Below, piece by piece: positions 63,936-64,000 of a stretch of DNA of 64,000 nucleotides (position 1 is its first letter; every line of letters starts with the position of its first letter). The notes under the pieces were generated by a model that was not told where the DNA came from, ran no database searches, and worked only from the letters and a program-made list of their open reading frames with translations. A program made the translations under genes and the position numbers. The DNA is taken from positions 52,266,001 to 52,330,000 of the forward strand of contig OZ287748.1 in assembly GCA_965649765.1 (NCBI GenBank), given 5' to 3'. The DNA is from Bispira polyomma. Lineage: Eukaryota.

Positions 63936-64000
63936 GTACGTATTTACACTTTGGAAAGGCAAGTCTGCCCTTATGAACTTGTCAGAAGGAACATTTGCTC

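Overview
AT-rich eukaryotic (animal, probably lophotrochozoan; inferred from gene and repeat types) genomic DNA. One clear host gene: a + strand 7-cadherin-repeat protocadherin. Its signal peptide, ectodomain and TM helix sit in one ~2.5 kb exon (52604-55116), followed by a cytoplasmic exon with the YNCR motif (60097-60363), two candidate downstream exons and candidate upstream non-coding exons. The rest is non-coding and repeat-rich. About a dozen unrelated minisatellite arrays (units 18-147 bp) cover roughly 10 kb. Other repeats: at least four PIF/Harbinger-type MITE families (mostly TTA/TAA TSD), a decayed intron-containing Harbinger transposase, TA-flanked MITEs, tRNA-derived SINEs (one intact with a 14-bp TSD), L2-type LINE remnants, and Helentron-type non-autonomous elements. 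Most long ORFs in the track are artefacts of tandem repeats. The most unusual observation is a 41/42-bp intronic minisatellite that looks like a tandemly amplified 3' splice site of a protocadherin cytoplasmic exon. All calls were made by eye; boundaries of degenerate elements are approximate.
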